64,000 nt of DNA, from positions 531,336 through 595,335 of the forward strand of contig CAWBXO010000001.1 in assembly GCA_963792785.1 (NCBI GenBank), given 5' to 3'. This stretch comes from an uncultured Acidobacteriota bacterium (lineage in GTDB: Bacteria > Acidobacteriota > Vicinamibacteria > Vicinamibacterales > CAVVIG01). Shown in pieces: positions 40,610 to 49,936 of this stretch. The position numbers and the translations under genes are program-made. The first letter of the stretch is position 1; each line of letters opens with the position of its first letter. Below the pieces are notes generated by a model. It did not search any database, was not told where the DNA came from, and saw only the letters and a list, made by a program, of their open reading frames with translations.

Positions 40610-41674
40610 CTAGTGCCGCGGCGTCAGCCTCTCGACCGCGGCGGGAAGATCCGTATCGTCCGGACCGACGATCTCGACCAGACGACCGTCCGCCCCGATC
40701 AGCGCCACAGCCGGAAGACGCCGAATGCCGAACACGCGAAACGCCTGTCCGTCGCTGTCGACAGCCATTGGCACACGCGGCTTCATTCGCGCTTCATACG
40801 AAGCGAGACCTTTCGGCGTCGTCCAGAGATGCGCCACAACGCCAAGCCAGCCGATCGCGGGAGCCCGTGACAGCTCAGCGACCTGTTCGCGAACGCGGCG
40901 GCACGCCTCGACCGTCTTCGGCTCGGTGTCCTTCAGATAACTTTCGCACCACACCGACGTAAACACGATCGCGCGGGGCCGCTCCGTGGCGCCGCGCGCG
41001 AACCGCACCGGCCCATCGCTGGCGCCTCGCAGGTCAAGATCCGGCACGAGATCGCCCGGCTTCAGCGTCTGGAGGGTTGGGACGTTCGCCGTTTCGATCC
41101 GTGTGCGCGTCGTGTCGTCTGCAAGCACCCGCCGAATGGCCGCATCGAGCTGCGGGCCGTCCTGATGCCCGGCATACGCAATCCGGCCATCGCGGCCGAT
41201 CAGCACGTGAAATGGCGTGGCCTCCATCTTGAGCCAGGCACCGAGGCTTCCGTCATCAATCGCGACCGGCATGCGCAGCTTCGCCTGGCTCACGAACGCT
41301 CGGACCTTGGCGACATCGTCGCCGATACCTGCGTCGATGGCCACGATCTGCATGCGATCACCGAACGTCTCGTAGATCTTCTCGAACCCCGGCATCTGGG
41401 CCCGGCACGGGATGCAGTAGGTGGCCCAGAGCTTGAGGTAGACCGGCTTGCGACCGTAGTTGTCCACGATATTGATCGTGCCGCCGTCGATCGCCCGTAA
41501 GTTCATCGAAGGAGCGGGCATGCCGACCAGACGTGCGAGCTCCGGATCTTCGGCGATGTATCCAGAGTCGCCGGGTTTGGCCGCTGGATACTTCTGGCGC
41601 TGACCGGCAGCACTCGCCATGCTGCCGATGATGCAGAGGCAGATCCAGGGAAAGGCAATATATCGATTCTGCAT
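40610..41674 (-). CDS. Exported tandem TlpA/redoxin-domain protein
   Basis: Signal peptide; domain 1 KLWATYCIPC (CxxC); domain 2 SVWCESYL...EAC; FGIRRLP. Confidence 0.8.
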   Translation of the reverse strand: MQNRYIAFPWICLCIIGSMASAAGQRQKYPAAKPGDSGYIAEDPELARLVGMPAPSMNLRAIDGGTINIVDNYGRKPVYLKLWATYCIPCRAQMPGFEKIYETFGDRMQIVAIDAGIGDDVAKVRAFVSQAKLRMPVAIDDGSLGAWLKMEATPFHVLIGRDGRIAYAGHQDGPQLDAAIRRVLADDTTRTRIETANVPTLQTLKPGDLVPDLDLRGASDGPVRFARGATERPRAIVFTSVWCESYLKDTEPKTVEACRRVREQVAELSRAPAIGWLGVVAHLWTTPKGLASYEARMKPRVPMAVDSDGQAFRVFGIRRLPAVALIGADGRLVEIVGPDDTDLPAAVERLTPRH

Positions 41675-41689
41675 AAGAGAATGCGCCTG

Positions 41690-41734
41690 AGCGTATCAAG
41701 TCCGGTCTCATGCGTTGTGTTGCAGTATGTTGCG
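41690..41734 (-). promoter_or_regulatory. Candidate third copy of island regulator box plus -10
   Basis: CGCAAC-ATAC-TGCAAC-N23-TACGCT upstream of the redoxin gene. Confidence 0.45.
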
Positions 41735-41821
41735 GATTCGCGGTGCGGGGATCGCATCCTGGCGCGCGGCTGTGGGGTGTAGAATCGAGCCGAGCGAATG
41801 GCATTACACGTCAGACTGTTT

Positions 41822-42289
41822 ATGAAGCGCGCCCTGATGCTCGCGTTGTTTGTTGGGTTGCAGACCGTGGCGTCTCCAGCGCGGGCGGCGGAACCGCTGG
41901 TTGGACTCTGGCGCCTGCAGCTCCAGGAGATCAACGGCCAACAGGGCAACGCCGAGCCCATGGCTTTGCAGATTTCCCAAGCTGGGGACAAGTTGACGTT
42001 CGCATTTTCCGTGCCCATGCCCGACATCTACTTCGTGACCACCACGTATACGCTGCGCCTGGACGGTTCCAGCGCCAACATCGTGAACGGAAACGATCAG
42101 GTCATCGGAACCATCCAGATGACGCGCGGAATTGCCGGCCAGTACACCCTGACGATGAAGGGCCCAAACATGCCGGACGCCCAGGGGACGCTCACCGTCT
42201 CCGCTGACGGGAAGACCCTCACCAGCGAATCCACTGCCACCCGGTCAGGCCGCACCGTCCATTCCAAGCAAACCTTCACACGCGATTGA
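41822..42289 (+). CDS. Exported hypothetical protein (lipocalin-like beta barrel possible)
   Basis: Signal peptide ...ARA-AE; LVGLWRL and TVSADGKTLT patterns. Confidence 0.65.
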   Translation: MKRALMLALFVGLQTVASPARAAEPLVGLWRLQLQEINGQQGNAEPMALQISQAGDKLTFAFSVPMPDIYFVTTTYTLRLDGSSANIVNGNDQVIGTIQMTRGIAGQYTLTMKGPNMPDAQGTLTVSADGKTLTSESTATRSGRTVHSKQTFTRD

Positions 42290-43434
42290 GCCTTCTTCGA
42301 CGTTACGTTCGCCGACCGCAAACTCTCTTTCTCCGGCGGGCGATTTTCGGAGTGCATTTGTTCGTGGGCATCGTCGCCGGGCTTTACCTCTCGATCATGG
42401 GGGTGACCGGATCGCTGTTGGTGTTTCGTCCAGAGCTCAACGCCCTTCACCTTCCGAAACAGTGGCGCGCCCTGAGAACATCGTCGCCGGTCAACCCCGG
42501 TGCGGTTGTCGCGCGTCTTCACGCAGACTATCCGGCCGTCAGAATCGTCTCCCTCGAGGCGCCGAGCGCCTTCAATCCCACTTTCGTCGCGACGCTTTCA
42601 GGGGCAGGGCGTACTGTCGTCGCGTGCGATCCCACCACCGGGGTGGTGCTGGGGCCGGTGCCGCCGGCCGCTGCGTGGCTGACCTTCGTGCGCAGGCTGC
42701 ACGAAACGCTGCTGATCGGCGGGAGCGGTCGCACGTGGAATGGGGTCGGGGCAGCCCTTCTCCTCCTGCTTGCGGCGACCGGGTTGGGGAACTGGTGGCC
42801 AGGGGTACGCAACTGGCGGCGCGCTCTTCGAGTGGGCCTCCGATTTGGCTGGCGCCGAATCAATTTCGACCTGCACCGGGCGGCCGGCTTCTGGGCGCTC
42901 CTGCTACTCACGTCTTGGGCGGTCAGCGGAATCTATTTCGCGTGGACGCGTCCGGTCTTTGCGCTGGTCAACTCGTGGTCGCCGATCGTCTCGGCCCGCC
43001 CTCCGGCGGTCGTCGCGACGCCGAGCCCGAACGCCTCTCCGCCGGACCTGAACGCTCTGATTGCGCGCGCGTCCGCGATCGATCCGGGCACTCGCTGGAG
43101 CGGGATCTTCTTCCCCTTCAGCAATCGGGCTCCGCTTGAGATCATCATGCGTCGCACCGGCGGTACGGGCCGTGAATACGAGGATACCGTCTACTTCAAT
43201 CCGTACACCGGCGAGCATCTCGCAACGTGGCGATACGGCGTGAACGAGAGCCTCGGAGATTGGTTTGTCTGGCTGCAGATCCCGCTACACTTCGGCACCT
43301 CCTGGGGGCTGCCCATCCAAGTGATCTGGGCCGCCGCCGGGCTGGTGCTTCCGCTGCTCGCGATCACGGGATTGGTGATGTACTGGAACCGCGTACTGAG
43401 ACACAGACTGAAGCGGTGGCGCCGCGCACAGTGA
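42286..43434 (+). CDS. PepSY-associated TM helix domain protein
   Basis: HLFVG...TGSLLVF, LHETLL, DLHRAAG, LHFG, ITGLVMYW; TTG start overlapping upstream stop. Confidence 0.88.
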   Translation: MSLLRRYVRRPQTLFLRRAIFGVHLFVGIVAGLYLSIMGVTGSLLVFRPELNALHLPKQWRALRTSSPVNPGAVVARLHADYPAVRIVSLEAPSAFNPTFVATLSGAGRTVVACDPTTGVVLGPVPPAAAWLTFVRRLHETLLIGGSGRTWNGVGAALLLLLAATGLGNWWPGVRNWRRALRVGLRFGWRRINFDLHRAAGFWALLLLTSWAVSGIYFAWTRPVFALVNSWSPIVSARPPAVVATPSPNASPPDLNALIARASAIDPGTRWSGIFFPFSNRAPLEIIMRRTGGTGREYEDTVYFNPYTGEHLATWRYGVNESLGDWFVWLQIPLHFGTSWGLPIQVIWAAAGLVLPLLAITGLVMYWNRVLRHRLKRWRRAQ

Positions 43435-43537
43435 CGATAGGGCCCATTCGTCCCGCACGTCGACACAATCCTGATCGAAAGTGAGTAGAGGTGAACGACG
43501 CACGTCGCGCGCCCCTACTCACGCTAGCCCGTCGACG

Positions 43538-43946
43538 CTACCAGGACAGATGCTTCGATACGGCCAGGCCCTTCGGGACGAACGACACTGATGCCGACCG
43601 TCCGTGCCGCGTACCAAGAAACAGCAACGCGCCACCTGCTGCGACCACCGCCGCCCCCCCACCGACAAGGTTGGGATTCGAGGTCTTGCTCACGTCAGCC
43701 GGCGTGACGTACCTTTCCATCCGACGTGTGCAGCAGTCCCCACAGCGTCATTCCCATGCCTACGGCGACCAGGCCCCCGCCCGACCACACCATGCCACTG
43801 TGGCTGGTCGTGCCCGCGGGCTGCTGCAACGCCTGCGCCTGCGCCTTCGCCACCCTCTCGACGCTCGCGCCAAAATCATCCGCGAACGCGGATCCCGCCA
43901 GCCCCAGGATGCAGGCGGCAGCCACTACGACTTGTGCCGGTTTCAT
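43538..43946 (-). CDS. Exported/membrane hypothetical protein, apparent +1 frameshift near 43712
   Basis: ORFs 43695-43946 and 43538-43720 join into signal peptide plus two Gly-rich hydrophobic segments ending in Trp if one G in AAGGTAC is removed. Confidence 0.55.
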
Positions 43947-43963
43947 GTGTCTCGTCCTCCCGG

Positions 43964-46729
43964 TCAGAATCGAATCTTGGCGCCGAGCATGGCGCGGCGT
44001 GGATAGGTGAACGACGAGGGCGCGCCGAATGCACTGGAGGTGCCGAGCATCGAAATGATGCCCTCCGCCGTGTCGGCGTTCGTGAGGTTCAGGATGTCCG
44101 CGAACAGATCGGCCTGCAATCCGGCGTTATTGAGCCTGAACGACTTCTGCAGACGCATGTCCACGAGATTGAGGCTGGCCACACGCCGGCTACCGTCCAG
44201 CGGCTCCACGTCGATCGTCGGAGAAGAGGCGAACCCGAGACCGGATACGCGGATCTGGCGGGCCCAGGGACGACCCGTCTGATGCTGAATGTTCGTCGAC
44301 ACCAGAATGCCGTACGGGAGCTGGTACAGGAACTGAACCTTCGCCACGACCGGACGATCCCCAATCAGCCGACCGTCGGTGTTGACCAAGTCGTTTGGGC
44401 CGTCTGGAAATCGGCCGAACGAGCGCGGTATCTCCTCCTGGCCAGACGTGGGCGAGCGGTTGCTCGACGGGAGTCGGCCAGTGGACTTCGACAGGACCAG
44501 CGAGAAGGTGCCCTGCCACCGGTTTGCCATCCGCTTGGTCAACACGAACGTCGCGCCCTGATAGCGAGTGTACAGGCCGGGCAAGTTCGTCATGGAGAAG
44601 ACGCTTTGGCTGACGGGCGTGAGCAACTTGTAGACCATGACCGTCGAGCCCGTCGCCTCCGCACCGGTTGAGTCGACGTAGGGCACTTGCGCGTCCTGCC
44701 CGGTCGTGTCGGCCCACCCGGGATAATCGTGCCCGCGCTTGTACACGTAGTTCACCTGGAGACCGAGATTCGGAATCAGTTGCTGTTCCAGCTGAACAAT
44801 GACTTGATCGTTATACGGGGCGCGGTAATTCGGGTCCACCTGGAGCTGCAGGCTGCTGCTCGTCGTCTGGAATTTGGATCGATTCCCGGCGGCGTCAACG
44901 TTGAACGTGGAGACCGGCGTCACGCCAGGCGCAACGGCGCTGAAATCCGAAAGCAGCGGGCCGCGATAGTCCCGCCCGTAGTGCGCCTTCACGACAGTAT
45001 TGCTGTCGCTGTCGACCTGCCAGTTCACGCCGACGCGCGGAGACACGGCCTTCCAATTGAACAGATGTCCGCTGTCCTGAGTGAACGCGCCGGTCTCATT
45101 CGAGTTGGCGTCGAGGACGGGCATGGCCTGGAACTTGCCGTAACTGTAGTCGTACCGGATACCCAGATTCAGCGTGACCCGGTCGAGGCGGTACGTATCG
45201 TCCACGTAGGTGCCCACCGAACCGATGAGGCCGGGCGAGTGGTATGGGAGTTGGGTGGTTCCGGTCGACTGCTGACCCGTCACACTGAAGATGTCGATGG
45301 TGTCGTTGTTGTACGTCACCGAGTCCTGGCCGCCATCGTTGTACTGCAGGCCGAACTTCAGGTCGTGGCTCCCGCCCCCGAAGTCATCGACGTACTTGCC
45401 AATCTTGACCGACGTGCCCCTGCGCCACGACTTCGATGAGTTGAACCCCGAGACGCCCCCCGTGACGACGCCCGTGTCGTTGTCGGTGACCTGCGGAGTG
45501 CCAGGCACCTGTCCCGGGATGAACGGAGAATTGGCGTTCTTGGCAAAGTCCCCGGAGTACCGGGCTTCCAGGAACATCGACGACGACATGGTGTACATGT
45601 ACACGAAATTCGGCGTTGGGTTGTCGCCGTGCCCAGACGAGAGCGTGCTCAACGCCACCAGCGGGTTGCTGGTGTTGGGGGGCAGCGCCCAGTAGTCGTC
45701 GTGCATGCCGTGCATGATCCGCTGCTTCGGCGTAATCTGGTAGGTCAGTTTATAGAACAGCCGCTTGGCAATGGATGGCGTCGCCGCGGAGGGCGCGAAT
45801 CCGGTCGATGCGAAGGTGTCATCCTGGTCCTGATACAATCCAAAGAACCAGAACTTGTCCCGGATCATCGGACCAGACAACTGCCACGTCGTGTCGGTAA
45901 ACTTCTTCCGGTAATACGGAAAACCGCCGTCTTGTGCGTCAGTCGTGTTGCGGCCCGTCAAGGCGTTGGGCTGGACGTACAGATTTCCGTCTCCGTGAAA
46001 CAGATTCCCCCCCTCGCGGGTGACGATGTTGAAGACGGCCCCCTCGACGTTTCCGTACTCCGCGGACGCCCCCAGTTGGAGGACCTCCACTTGTTCCACG
46101 GCATCCGTGTTGGGCCACGCCCATCCTCCACCGTTCCCAGGAGCAGAAATATCAGTGCCGTCGAGGAGATACGAGTTGGCATTCACGCTGCTGCCCATCG
46201 ACTGCGCGTTGGTCGTCCCTCCCGACGTGGACGTCGACTGGCTGACACCGGGCGCCGAGTTAATCAAGTCAAAAAAGGAGAACCGTCTGACGGGAGCGCT
46301 CTCCACCCACTGCTTGTCGTAGTTGGTACTCACCTGAGAACTCGACACACTGACTAAGGGCGTCGCGCCCGTGACAGTAATGTTTTCCTCAAGAGTGCTC
46401 ACACTCAGGGCGATCGGCAGGGTCACCGTCCCGCCGACCCCGACGGTGATGCCGGCACGAGTGACGGTGGAAAAGCCGCTCAGCGTTGCTTCCACGCTGT
46501 AGGTGCCAGGCGAAAGGTTGGGGAACCGGTAGTTTCCAGTGCCGGACGTGACGTCGACGGTTCCCGCGGAGGGAAGGGTCGCGCCATGGAGTGTCACTGT
46601 CACGCCGGGCAGCACGCCGCCAGACGAGTCGGCTACCGTCCCGACAATTTCGCCGGTGGTTCGCTGTGCATGCGCCGGGGACGCAACCAGCAGCGCCACC
46701 GCACAAATGGCCGCCACAAAGACCTTCAT
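43964..46729 (-). CDS. TonB-dependent receptor (Oar-like, carboxypeptidase-regulatory N-domain)
   Basis: GTVADSSGGVLPGVTVT, ASAEYG plug motif, TLNLGIRYD, SPRVG, C-terminal LGAKIRF. Confidence 0.92.
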   Translation of the reverse strand: MKVFVAAICAVALLVASPAHAQRTTGEIVGTVADSSGGVLPGVTVTLHGATLPSAGTVDVTSGTGNYRFPNLSPGTYSVEATLSGFSTVTRAGITVGVGGTVTLPIALSVSTLEENITVTGATPLVSVSSSQVSTNYDKQWVESAPVRRFSFFDLINSAPGVSQSTSTSGGTTNAQSMGSSVNANSYLLDGTDISAPGNGGGWAWPNTDAVEQVEVLQLGASAEYGNVEGAVFNIVTREGGNLFHGDGNLYVQPNALTGRNTTDAQDGGFPYYRKKFTDTTWQLSGPMIRDKFWFFGLYQDQDDTFASTGFAPSAATPSIAKRLFYKLTYQITPKQRIMHGMHDDYWALPPNTSNPLVALSTLSSGHGDNPTPNFVYMYTMSSSMFLEARYSGDFAKNANSPFIPGQVPGTPQVTDNDTGVVTGGVSGFNSSKSWRRGTSVKIGKYVDDFGGGSHDLKFGLQYNDGGQDSVTYNNDTIDIFSVTGQQSTGTTQLPYHSPGLIGSVGTYVDDTYRLDRVTLNLGIRYDYSYGKFQAMPVLDANSNETGAFTQDSGHLFNWKAVSPRVGVNWQVDSDSNTVVKAHYGRDYRGPLLSDFSAVAPGVTPVSTFNVDAAGNRSKFQTTSSSLQLQVDPNYRAPYNDQVIVQLEQQLIPNLGLQVNYVYKRGHDYPGWADTTGQDAQVPYVDSTGAEATGSTVMVYKLLTPVSQSVFSMTNLPGLYTRYQGATFVLTKRMANRWQGTFSLVLSKSTGRLPSSNRSPTSGQEEIPRSFGRFPDGPNDLVNTDGRLIGDRPVVAKVQFLYQLPYGILVSTNIQHQTGRPWARQIRVSGLGFASSPTIDVEPLDGSRRVASLNLVDMRLQKSFRLNNAGLQADLFADILNLTNADTAEGIISMLGTSSAFGAPSSFTYPRRAMLGAKIRF

Positions 46730-46825
46730 CGCTCAACACCCTCCCACCGAAAACACTCCGCAAACCAGAGGCGCCTGGTTCCGCGCCGGGTCGGCTCGAG
46801 GAGTTCCCAGTTAAGCCGCGCAGGA

Positions 46826-46871
46826 CTACCTTAGGGCAACAGCGGTTACGCAGACGTTGCAAGTTGTGGCA
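46826..46871 (-). promoter_or_regulatory. Regulator box plus -10 of TonB-dependent receptor
   Basis: TGCCAC-AACT-TGCAAC-N21-CTAAGGTAG; same blocks and spacing as at 56488-56533. Confidence 0.7.
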
Positions 46872-46956
46872 GGGAGGCGACAGAAATGGGCGCCGATCCA
46901 CCGCTCCGGCGCTTTGCGGGGTGGCCTAGGGAGAAAGCGACCGGAATCCGGAGTGT

Positions 46957-47652
46957 TCAGGACTCCGATTCGTTGAAGGTCAGGCAGTAGCCGTCGCCGT
47001 GAACAGTATGAATGAACTCAGGAACATGAGGATCTGGCTCGACCTTGGCGCGCAGCCGTTTGACCGCGTAGTCCACGGCCCGGGTGGTCGGCTCGTCGGG
47101 AAATCCCCAGACTTCGCGCAGCAGTTCGGAACGGTGCACGACCCGGCCCCTCCGCTCGGCCAGATAGGACAGCAAATCGAATTCCCGCCGCGTGAGGTGA
47201 ATCTTTCCGGAGCCACCGGTCGCCGTCAGGGCCCTGAAGTCGACAGTCACCCGACCGAGACGCAGCCTCTCGACCATGCTCCTGGCTCGGCGAAGAACCA
47301 CCAGGATGCGTGCCCTGAGTTCATCGAAGTCAAAGGGTTTCGTAATGTAGTCGTCGGCGCCGGCCTCGAGGCCCCGCAGCTTGTCGGCCTTCTCATTGCG
47401 CACGGTGAGCATGATGACCGGTGTGGAGCCTCCCCGACTGATGAGACGGCACAACTCAACACCGTCCCATCCCGGCAGCACCACATCGAGCAACACGAGG
47501 TCCGGCGCCGACGCGCGCACAGACTTGAGAGCGGACTGTCCGTCCCCGGCGCGTTCTATCTCGAAGCCGGCGAACGTCAGATTGTCGGCCAGCACCCGCG
47601 CCAGAGCGGCATCGTCCTCGACGACAAGAATCCGTTTCCTGTGCGCGGCCAC
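46957..47652 (-). CDS. OmpR/PhoB-family response regulator
   Basis: ILVVEDD, DLVLLDVVLP, GADDYITKPF, wHTH LTRREFDLL...TVHGDGY. Confidence 0.95.
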   Translation of the reverse strand: MAAHRKRILVVEDDAALARVLADNLTFAGFEIERAGDGQSALKSVRASAPDLVLLDVVLPGWDGVELCRLISRGGSTPVIMLTVRNEKADKLRGLEAGADDYITKPFDFDELRARILVVLRRARSMVERLRLGRVTVDFRALTATGGSGKIHLTRREFDLLSYLAERRGRVVHRSELLREVWGFPDEPTTRAVDYAVKRLRAKVEPDPHVPEFIHTVHGDGYCLTFNESES

Positions 47653-47697
47653 GGCGCTGCGATGCTACCACGCCCGGTGGCGGGAAAATCACAGGGT

Positions 47698-49215
47698 TCA
47701 CGGTCGAATTGACGAGCTGGATTCCTCGTCTCGGACCAGCACCTGATGCGCCATCAGCACGGAAAGCCCCGCCAGCAGTTCGCGTGGCGCGGCCTCGCCC
47801 ACGGCGTTCCGATAGGCATCTACGAGTCCCTGCAGATCCCGCACATGCGGCACCAACCGGATCAATTCCGGCAGGTTCACGCCTGCTGCGAATCGAATGG
47901 GAAAACCGATGCGGGGCACGACAATGGCCTCCCGCAAGAGCACCTCATGACCTTCAATCGACGGGACAGGCTCGAATCGGAGCCCCTCGCTCGGGCGCAG
48001 CCGCAAAGCGGGAGCGTCACGGAGATTCGCGAACGCCGTCCGGACCCTCCCGTCGCGAGCAAGCTGGCTGTCCGTGATCTCGTGACCGAAGCCTTCGGGC
48101 ACGTCGGGCCCTGCACTCGCGCGGCGGTCCCAGAACGCGTGCCCGTGTTCGACACTCGCAGCTTCGAAAAATCCGGCCGCCTGGCGGCGGCACGCCGCAT
48201 AGACGATCCGCTCCCGCTGATTGTAGAAATCGGTGGCCGCACCCGCCATCTCCGGCTTGCCGAGGGAGGTATGCGCGACAACGGCCGCTCGCCATGCCGA
48301 GAGCAGCGCCTTCCTGATACCGCCGGACGACAGGGGATCGATGAAGGATGCGGCGTCCCCGACGAGAAGAAGCCCTGAGTCCGCGGCGCGTTCCACGTCG
48401 TACGGTGATGCGTCGCACGCCCATGGGCGCGTGACCTGTCTCGCGCGCTTCAGATGCCGGGTCATGGCTGTCGCCTTCTCCAGGTGCCGCGCGTAGACGA
48501 ACCTCAAGTCCGTCTTCCCGTCGGCGCGACTGGGCTCAACCATCACCGTGCACTGACGGCGGCTGGCAGACAAGGGCACCGACCAGGCCCATCCGTCGCG
48601 GTAGCTCTCCACGAAGGTATGCGAGACCTCACTGGCCGGCCACTCTCCCTGGCCGTCCCACTCCGCCACGATGGCCAGCGTCCGGTATCCGCCCGTTTGA
48701 CGCCGGAAGCCGTTCCGAGCGGCGACGCCTGCGCGCCCGGAGCAGTCGAGCACGCATCGTGCCTGGTAGGTCGCTCGGTTGCCGGACCGGCGATGACACG
48801 CGACGTGAAACGGGCCGGAGCCGGTGACATTCTGGACCCGGCCGAGGACGAGGGAGGCGCCCGACCGTCGGGCAAAACGCCGCAGAACGCGGTCGAATGC
48901 CGGGCGGGGCACGTGGTAGCCGTGCGTGTCGGTCGTGGTCGTGGTCCGACGCCCAGCCCAGGCCGACACATTCCCGTCGTTCGGATGGAAGCCGGCCGCC
49001 TCTATCAGTTCACTCTGCCCAAGAAACTCGAACAGCTTCCGGGTCCCGGCCGGGAGCGACTCCGCGAGGCAAGGGCCCCGTGCCTCGTCGTGAAGAAGCG
49101 CGACGGACCAGTCCCAGGAAGCCAGGAGACCGGCGGCGGTTGCGCCGGCTGGACCTCCCCCAATCACCAGCACGTCGACCGTTCCCGGAGGCTCCGTCCC
49201 GCGTCGCGCTGTCAC
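47698..49215 (-). CDS. qhpG: FAD-dependent monooxygenase, QhpG-like (CTQ biogenesis)
   Basis: VIGGGPAG, DCSGR, GWAW, GDAASFIDPLSSGG; coupled to qhp operon. Confidence 0.8.
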   Translation of the reverse strand: MTARRGTEPPGTVDVLVIGGGPAGATAAGLLASWDWSVALLHDEARGPCLAESLPAGTRKLFEFLGQSELIEAAGFHPNDGNVSAWAGRRTTTTTDTHGYHVPRPAFDRVLRRFARRSGASLVLGRVQNVTGSGPFHVACHRRSGNRATYQARCVLDCSGRAGVAARNGFRRQTGGYRTLAIVAEWDGQGEWPASEVSHTFVESYRDGWAWSVPLSASRRQCTVMVEPSRADGKTDLRFVYARHLEKATAMTRHLKRARQVTRPWACDASPYDVERAADSGLLLVGDAASFIDPLSSGGIRKALLSAWRAAVVAHTSLGKPEMAGAATDFYNQRERIVYAACRRQAAGFFEAASVEHGHAFWDRRASAGPDVPEGFGHEITDSQLARDGRVRTAFANLRDAPALRLRPSEGLRFEPVPSIEGHEVLLREAIVVPRIGFPIRFAAGVNLPELIRLVPHVRDLQGLVDAYRNAVGEAAPRELLAGLSVLMAHQVLVRDEESSSSIRP

Positions 49216-49934
49216 GTTGTCGGACCCACCGGCGCAGGCAGTCCGTCTCGCATCACCGCAAGAATCTGTTCAATGCCGGCCCCGGGCGACGCTTCGAGCG
49301 CGCGCGCCACGAAGCCGGTAGCGTTGGCCACCGCAAAGCTGATCCCGCTCAGGTTGCGCTCGCGTGGCACATTCGGGATGTCTCTCGGGTACCCCGACGC
49401 GTGCACGACGACGCGTCCCGCGGCCTCGCCAATCCGATACGAATGGCGGTCGCACGTCCAATCGAGGCAGACCGGCACGACGCCGTCCAGGCTGCCCGGC
49501 AGCCACTGCACTCCCCCGTCCTCCATCGCCGCCACGAGCGTGACTCCGCGCGCGGAGGCCCGCCGGACGGCCTCCTGCAAGAACGGCCGATGCGCCGGGT
49601 TCGCCGTCCCGAGGCTCAGGTTGATGACTCGCGCGCCCAGGGCGCAGGCTTCGTCGAGGCCCTTGACCAGCGCGCCCACGTCGGTCACGAGTCTGCGCCA
49701 GAAGATCTTGACGACGAGAATCGTTGCGTCCGGGGCCTTCTCGCGGATCGCCGCCGTCACCGCCGTCCCGTGGCCGAGCGAATCGACGATGTCCGAATCA
49801 CGAAATCCGTCCTCCTTGATCGCCGTTCCATCGGCCACGCCGCCGACGTGCGGATGCGCGGCATGCACGCCGCTGTCGACGATGGCCACGCGAACGCCGC
49901 GTCCTGTGTACTGACTCAGATACATGCCTGCCAC
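49212..49934 (-). CDS. qhpE: Subtilisin-like S8 leader peptidase, QhpE-like
   Basis: VAIVDSG, GHGT, NLSLG, SGISFA triad; short, no signal peptide; inside qhp operon. Confidence 0.85.
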   Translation of the reverse strand: MAGMYLSQYTGRGVRVAIVDSGVHAAHPHVGGVADGTAIKEDGFRDSDIVDSLGHGTAVTAAIREKAPDATILVVKIFWRRLVTDVGALVKGLDEACALGARVINLSLGTANPAHRPFLQEAVRRASARGVTLVAAMEDGGVQWLPGSLDGVVPVCLDWTCDRHSYRIGEAAGRVVVHASGYPRDIPNVPRERNLSGISFAVANATGFVARALEASPGAGIEQILAVMRDGLPAPVGPTT

Positions 49935-49936
49935 AC

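Noticed and set aside
46730-46956. Cobalamin/TPP riboswitch or Fur box before the TonB-dependent receptor
   Set aside because: No conserved riboswitch or Fur consensus recognised by eye.
47698-49215. Tryptophan halogenase
   Set aside because: Same flavoprotein superfamily, but operon context fits a QhpG-type monooxygenase better; halogenase activity not formally excluded.
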